From Neocallimastix sp. 'constans' (Eukaryota), in assembly GCA_050613775.1 (NCBI GenBank), contig JBODTK010000110.1, forward strand, positions 1 to 64,000: 64,000 bases of DNA, in the 5' to 3' direction. The notes beneath the pieces were generated by a model. The model saw only the letters and a program-made list of their open reading frames with translations, was not told where the DNA came from and made no database searches. Positions 58,842-64,000 of the stretch are shown piece by piece. How positions within the stretch are numbered: the first letter of the stretch is position 1; each line of letters opens with the position of its first letter. A program made the translations under genes and the position numbers.

Positions 58842-61617
58842 ACTTAAATAATATTTACTAAAAAAAAAGAAAAAAAAATTTACTTTTCATACTTAAATAA
58901 TATTTACTAAAAAAAGAATTTTTTATTTATTTGAATTTGAATTTTTAATAATGATTATATTAAAATATATTATGTAAAAAAAAAAATTATTAATAGTTTT
59001 TTTTTTTTTTATTACTATTATTATTATTTATAAATCTAATTTAAAAATTAAAAAATGATAAAAAAATAAATAATAGATTTGTCAGTTTCTTTCTATTAGA
59101 GTAATATCAATATTCTTGATGGATGGATTATTTTTTTATCTATATCTAATGTGAAACTTATTATAAAAATTGATCTTTTTATTGAGAAGTAAAGTTGGGA
59201 AAAAGAGAACAAAGTGATTTCTAATTATTTGAAATATTATTTATTTTTATAGTATTTTAAATATTTTTTTGGACATAAAGAAAAAATGTAATAATAGCTG
59301 AAATATTTATTATGTCCATTTATTTTAGTATAGTGGCGCATTGTTAAAGAAAAAGATTTTTGATTTTAATTATGAGACTACATTACAGTTTTATAGTAAT
59401 AAAAATTAAAATTGATAAAAACATTTTTTTTATGTATTTTTTTTATCTATCTGTTTAAACCCGTTTTGTAAAAATATATATTATTTTTATTCAATTTTAA
59501 TACTTTATTAATAATAATATTTAAATCATTTTTATTAATAATTAATTACTATAAACATTTCTTAAAAATTAAAATTAATTAAAGGGTTAGGCCTTAAATG
59601 TTTATTTGGGATTCGTCAAATTCGCTATGAGGCTTATAATATTTTTAAAATAAAGCCATACATTTTTAAGATATTCTATACAATTATAAATAAATATATA
59701 TATAAATAATAATAAATTTTTTCATTTAATATTATTAAATAACTATTTCAAAAGAAATAATAATATATTTTATTAAAAAAGAATAAGAATTATAAAAAAT
59801 TATTTTTACAATTGAATATTAATAAATTATATATATATAAAAAAGAATATTTATTATTTATTTAATTATTATTTATCATAAACAAGCCACATACGTACAT
59901 ATGCCACATTGTACGATTGTGAAACATAATAGATTTGTATATTTTATTTATGATTTTAATATAGTGATTTCATACATGTTTAGATAAAATACAATTATGA
60001 CTTATTGTAAAGTGAGTGATGAAAGAAAATAAGGTTTTTAAGCTATTTCCTTTTTAGTTCACATTATTGAAAATTGAAAATTATTAAAATTGTTAAAATT
60101 GTTGATAAAAAACAAAATTAATTACATATACTCTATAAATTTCCTCCTGGGAAAATTGTTACAATAATGGACCGAGATTACATACACGCAGGAATCACCC
60201 TGCTTCAGGCATGTATACGTATAACTGAGAAGCACGATCATAGTGTAGACGATGACTTGTTCAATTAAGGGTTAGGCTGTCAATTGGGTTATTATTGGGT
60301 AGTAATGTGGAATTGAACTTCCGAACTATTGACCAAATATATAATAAACCAAAAAAATTTTTGTTTTTATTTGTATTTAATTTTTTATTTTTATTTATAA
60401 TTTTGTTTGATATATATTATTATTTTTAAGAAAATAAATTTAATATATATAAATTAGATTTTTTTTTAATATAAAATTAAATATTAAAAAAAAAAAAAAA
60501 AAAAAAAAAAGTATAGATTTCTTTTCAAAGTTTCAAAAGTTTTGAAGAATAATAATTTATTATTAAAAAGATTTTGATTATGATAAAAAAAAAAGAAAAA
60601 AAAAATTTTTATTTACTTTTTCGTTTTAATATATTTTAAAATATACATTAAATTCAAAAAATTTGAAATTAATTTTAGAAAATATAATTTTTAGTATATT
60701 TAAAAAAAAAATATTATTATAGTTACATTTATTAAAGTATAAAATTTTATTACTACGTTTTAAACAATTTTTCATATTATATTTATTATTAATACTAATA
60801 TGTTTATATTTAATTTAATCAATAACAGCTTTTTTAAAATTGTTCTATCTCTAATAAAAATAATATATTTAAAGTCATATTTAATACTATTCATATACTT
60901 CATTTTAATTGTAATTATAGTAATTAAAAAAGAGAATAAATGATTATGACATATGATTCTTTTTTTTTATTATTATTATTTTTTATTTATTTATTTATTT
61001 TTTTTTTTAATATTAAATTTGAATATTTTCTAATCTTAGATAAATATATCAATCGAAACTAATGATTTGTTAATCAAAAATTTAATTATATATATATAAA
61101 TAAACGTTTTATATGTAAAATATTATAATGAGGATTTACAAATTAAATTGAATTTTTATTTTTCATGAAATAATTCATTTTATATAAAAAAAATAATTTA
61201 TTAATATAGTATTAACTGTAAATATATTTTTTTTCCCTAACTATGAAAGTTTTAAATATATTCATAATAAAAGATATAAAGCAAAGATTTGTGGCTTGAA
61301 ACTTTACAAAAAATTTAAAATTTTTTTAAAATTTAAAATTTATAAATAAATTAATTTAAAATAATTATAAAATTGTAAAAATTTTATAAAATAAAAAAAA
61401 AAAAAATAAAAAAAGTAAAATATAAAAAAAAAACGTTAAATTTTAAATTATTTGTAATATTTATTCTATTTACTTAAATATTTAGATATTAATTTTATTT
61501 AAATTTTGATTTATTTAAATTTTGATTTATTTAAAATTCTAATTATTTATTTATTAAAATTTTATAATATGTTTTAATTAAATTAATTACCATATTAGGT
61601 CATTCTATTTTAATTTG

Positions 61618-61676
<59 letters not shown>

Positions 61677-62557
61677 TTTGAAGTATAGTACTTATATTTT
61701 AATTTAAATATTAATATTTGAAATAAGAGGTACTTTATTTACATTTTAGATATTTTATTATTATTTAAAAAAAATAAACTTTTGCATAAATTTTTTATTA
61801 TTATATAAGAGTTTGAATTAAAAGTAAACTTTTATATAAAGCTTTTAGTATTATTTTTATTTATTATATGCTTAATTTTTATTTTTAAATAAATTATGTA
61901 TACATATATTTTAATATTATATATATGAATCTTTTTAAATAAATATATTCAAAAAATTTTTTTTGAGAGTTTGTCATAATTCTAAAGTAAGAACTCTTAT
62001 TATTTTTCATATAAAGAGTGAAAAACAATAATAATAATAATAACAATAAAATAAATAATATATTAAAAAAATAGTAATTACATAAATAAATTATATAATA
62101 ATATTTTCAAATTACAACTGAAAAAAAAAAAAAAAAAAAAAAAAACTGGTAATGAAAAATTATAATGTTATATTAGAAAACGCGTGAATTTAAAAATAAG
62201 AATTATAATATAACGCAATTTTAGTATTTTTATCTATTAAAACAAAGAAGAGAGAGAGAAAAAAAAAAAAGATATTAATGAAAAATAAAGATAAATATAT
62301 AAAATATTTTGTAATAAAGTGGAATAAAATATAGAATGAAGAATAATGAGTACTATTATTATATTTTAATAAAATAGGAATTAAAATTTGTTTAATAAAG
62401 AATTAATTTAATTTTATTAATATCAATTATCAATTATTTTACATAATTATATATATATATATATATAAGGAAAAAATAAAAATTATAAAAAATAAAAATT
62501 AATATAAATATATATTTTGAAAAATATAAAATATAATTATTTGTAATACTAATTTGA

Positions 62558-62595
<38 letters not shown>

Positions 62596-62803
62596 AATAA
62601 TTTTTATTATCATTATTTAAACATATATATACATATTTATTTATTTATATTTATTTAATTCTATTCTATTTTATTTTTATATATATTAAAGGTATTTATT
62701 AGTTGTTTATTTATTTTATATTATATATATATAATATATATAATTTATTTATTTTATTTATTTGTTATTTATAATAATAATAATAATAATAATAATTATA
62801 AAT

Positions 62804-64000
62804 ATGAACATAATTACTGATGCAAAAATTAATGAAAATAATTCAGATAACTCTTTAATAAGTAAGACAATAAAAAAAATTAATAATTCCATATTAAATG
62901 GTGGCAAATACAAGGACCAAAATAATAGTAATTTAAATAATGATATAACTACCTTAAATATGAGCAATAATAATAGTAAACGCTCCTCTATGAGCACTTC
63001 TATGGTCGCTTCTCCATTATTAATGGAACCTACTAATTATCAAAAACAGTATGAAGAAGAGGAAAGAGACAAAGACAATTTTGATGATCTTGATTTTAGC
63101 GATATTGGTATTGATGATTTAGAAAGTAGATTAGATTCCTATAATCATAAATATAATGATGATACGGAAAGTTGTAGTTCAATTATTGGTATTTCTAATG
63201 ATACAAATATGAACTCCAATATCGATAAAATTTCTACAAGTCATTCCTTAAAAAATATTTCAAACATACATAATAAAGAAGCTTATTTTTCTCCTGAAAA
63301 ATTAAAGAATAAACAAAAACATATTACAATAAATGGACCTGTTCTTCCATTACTTAAAGATGAACGAAATGAATATAAATCAAAAAGTAGTGGATTAATT
63401 CATAATTATACTTCAAAAAGTAGTTCTAGTACTCCTATCACTACTCCTACTTCTGAAAAACCGAATATCAATAATATACCATTAGGTGCTCGTATTATAA
63501 AAAAGAAATTTAATAATTTCAATGTAAATAAAAGTACCAGTACCTTAGATACTTATGAAGGTTCTGATCATGATATCCTAAACCGATCCAATGAAATTAT
63601 TTCTAAAACTAGTAATTCTAATATTCGCCTCTTATATGGCAATAATAAAATATTTCCCCTCTCCAAAAATTCCTCTAATAATAGTAGTAAATCAGATACA
63701 AGGCATTTTAGTGAATCAGCATACGAAGATGATTTTAATCAATTAGAGACTCTAAGTAATACAAGTAATACAAGTAGTAAAATAAAGAAACTTGATAGTT
63801 TCACGGATAGAAATTATAATAATATTAATAATAGTCATTTAGGAAATATTATTAATTTAAATGTATCTTCAATTTCTAAATCAGTTGAAAGTAATAAATC
63901 CTTAGATCAAATCATTTCTTCATCAGGTTATAATTTTAATGCTAATAATATTCATCATTTAAATAAAAAAAATGATAACATGTCCATTGAAGTTTATGGC
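62804..64000 (+). CDS. Asn/Ser-rich protein of unknown function, 5' part; runs off the window end and is the likely intact parent of the 47.6-51.8 kb copies
   Basis: ATG at 62804 is in frame with MSNNNSKRSSMSTSMVASP at 62960. No stop seen before 64000, which explains its absence from the ORF track. Confidence 0.8.
   Translation, partial: MNIITDAKINENNSDNSLISKTIKKINNSILNGGKYKDQNNSNLNNDITTLNMSNNNSKRSSMSTSMVASPLLMEPTNYQKQYEEEERDKDNFDDLDFSDIGIDDLESRLDSYNHKYNDDTESCSSIIGISNDTNMNSNIDKISTSHSLKNISNIHNKEAYFSPEKLKNKQKHITINGPVLPLLKDERNEYKSKSSGLIHNYTSKSSSSTPITTPTSEKPNINNIPLGARIIKKKFNNFNVNKSTSTLDTYEGSDHDILNRSNEIISKTSNSNIRLLYGNNKIFPLSKNSSNNSSKSDTRHFSESAYEDDFNQLETLSNTSNTSSKIKKLDSFTDRNYNNINNSHLGNIINLNVSSISKSVESNKSLDQIISSSGYNFNANNIHHLNKKNDNMSIEVYG

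Noticed and set aside
60185..60235. TPP riboswitch-like cctgaagcagggtgattcctgcg
   Set aside because: No CUGAGA on the same strand, no P4 partner, and no thiamine gene nearby.

Overview
Extremely AT-rich, microsatellite-laden eukaryotic DNA. The combination of GT-AG introns, an axonemal dynein gene, fungal-type CPA1 and bacterial-like intronless genes fits an anaerobic gut fungus (Neocallimastigomycota); this is inferred, not proven. Host genes: a TLDc/OXR1-like gene, two tandem bacterial-like 6TM voltage-gated K+ channel genes, a 10-exon outer-arm dynein intermediate chain (DNAI2/IC2), a 2-exon arginine-specific carbamoyl-phosphate synthase small subunit (CPA1/arg-2), an Asn-rich gene family with rearranged copies, and a decayed bacterial-type AAA-ATPase/PD-(D/E)XK gene. 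Mobile DNA: two long decayed APE-RT non-LTR retrotransposons, about eight short 3'-end fragments of related subfamilies, two Ty3/gypsy remnants (one with an LTR) and a copia remnant. Two signals stand out. (1) A 28-codon uORF missing from the ORF track lies upstream of CPA1 and carries the DYLxxxLWK core of the arginine attenuator peptide, with divergent central residues. (2) An RNA hairpin with clear base-pair covariation recurs eight times in otherwise divergent LINE 3' ends, and the two shortest insertions begin at or inside it.
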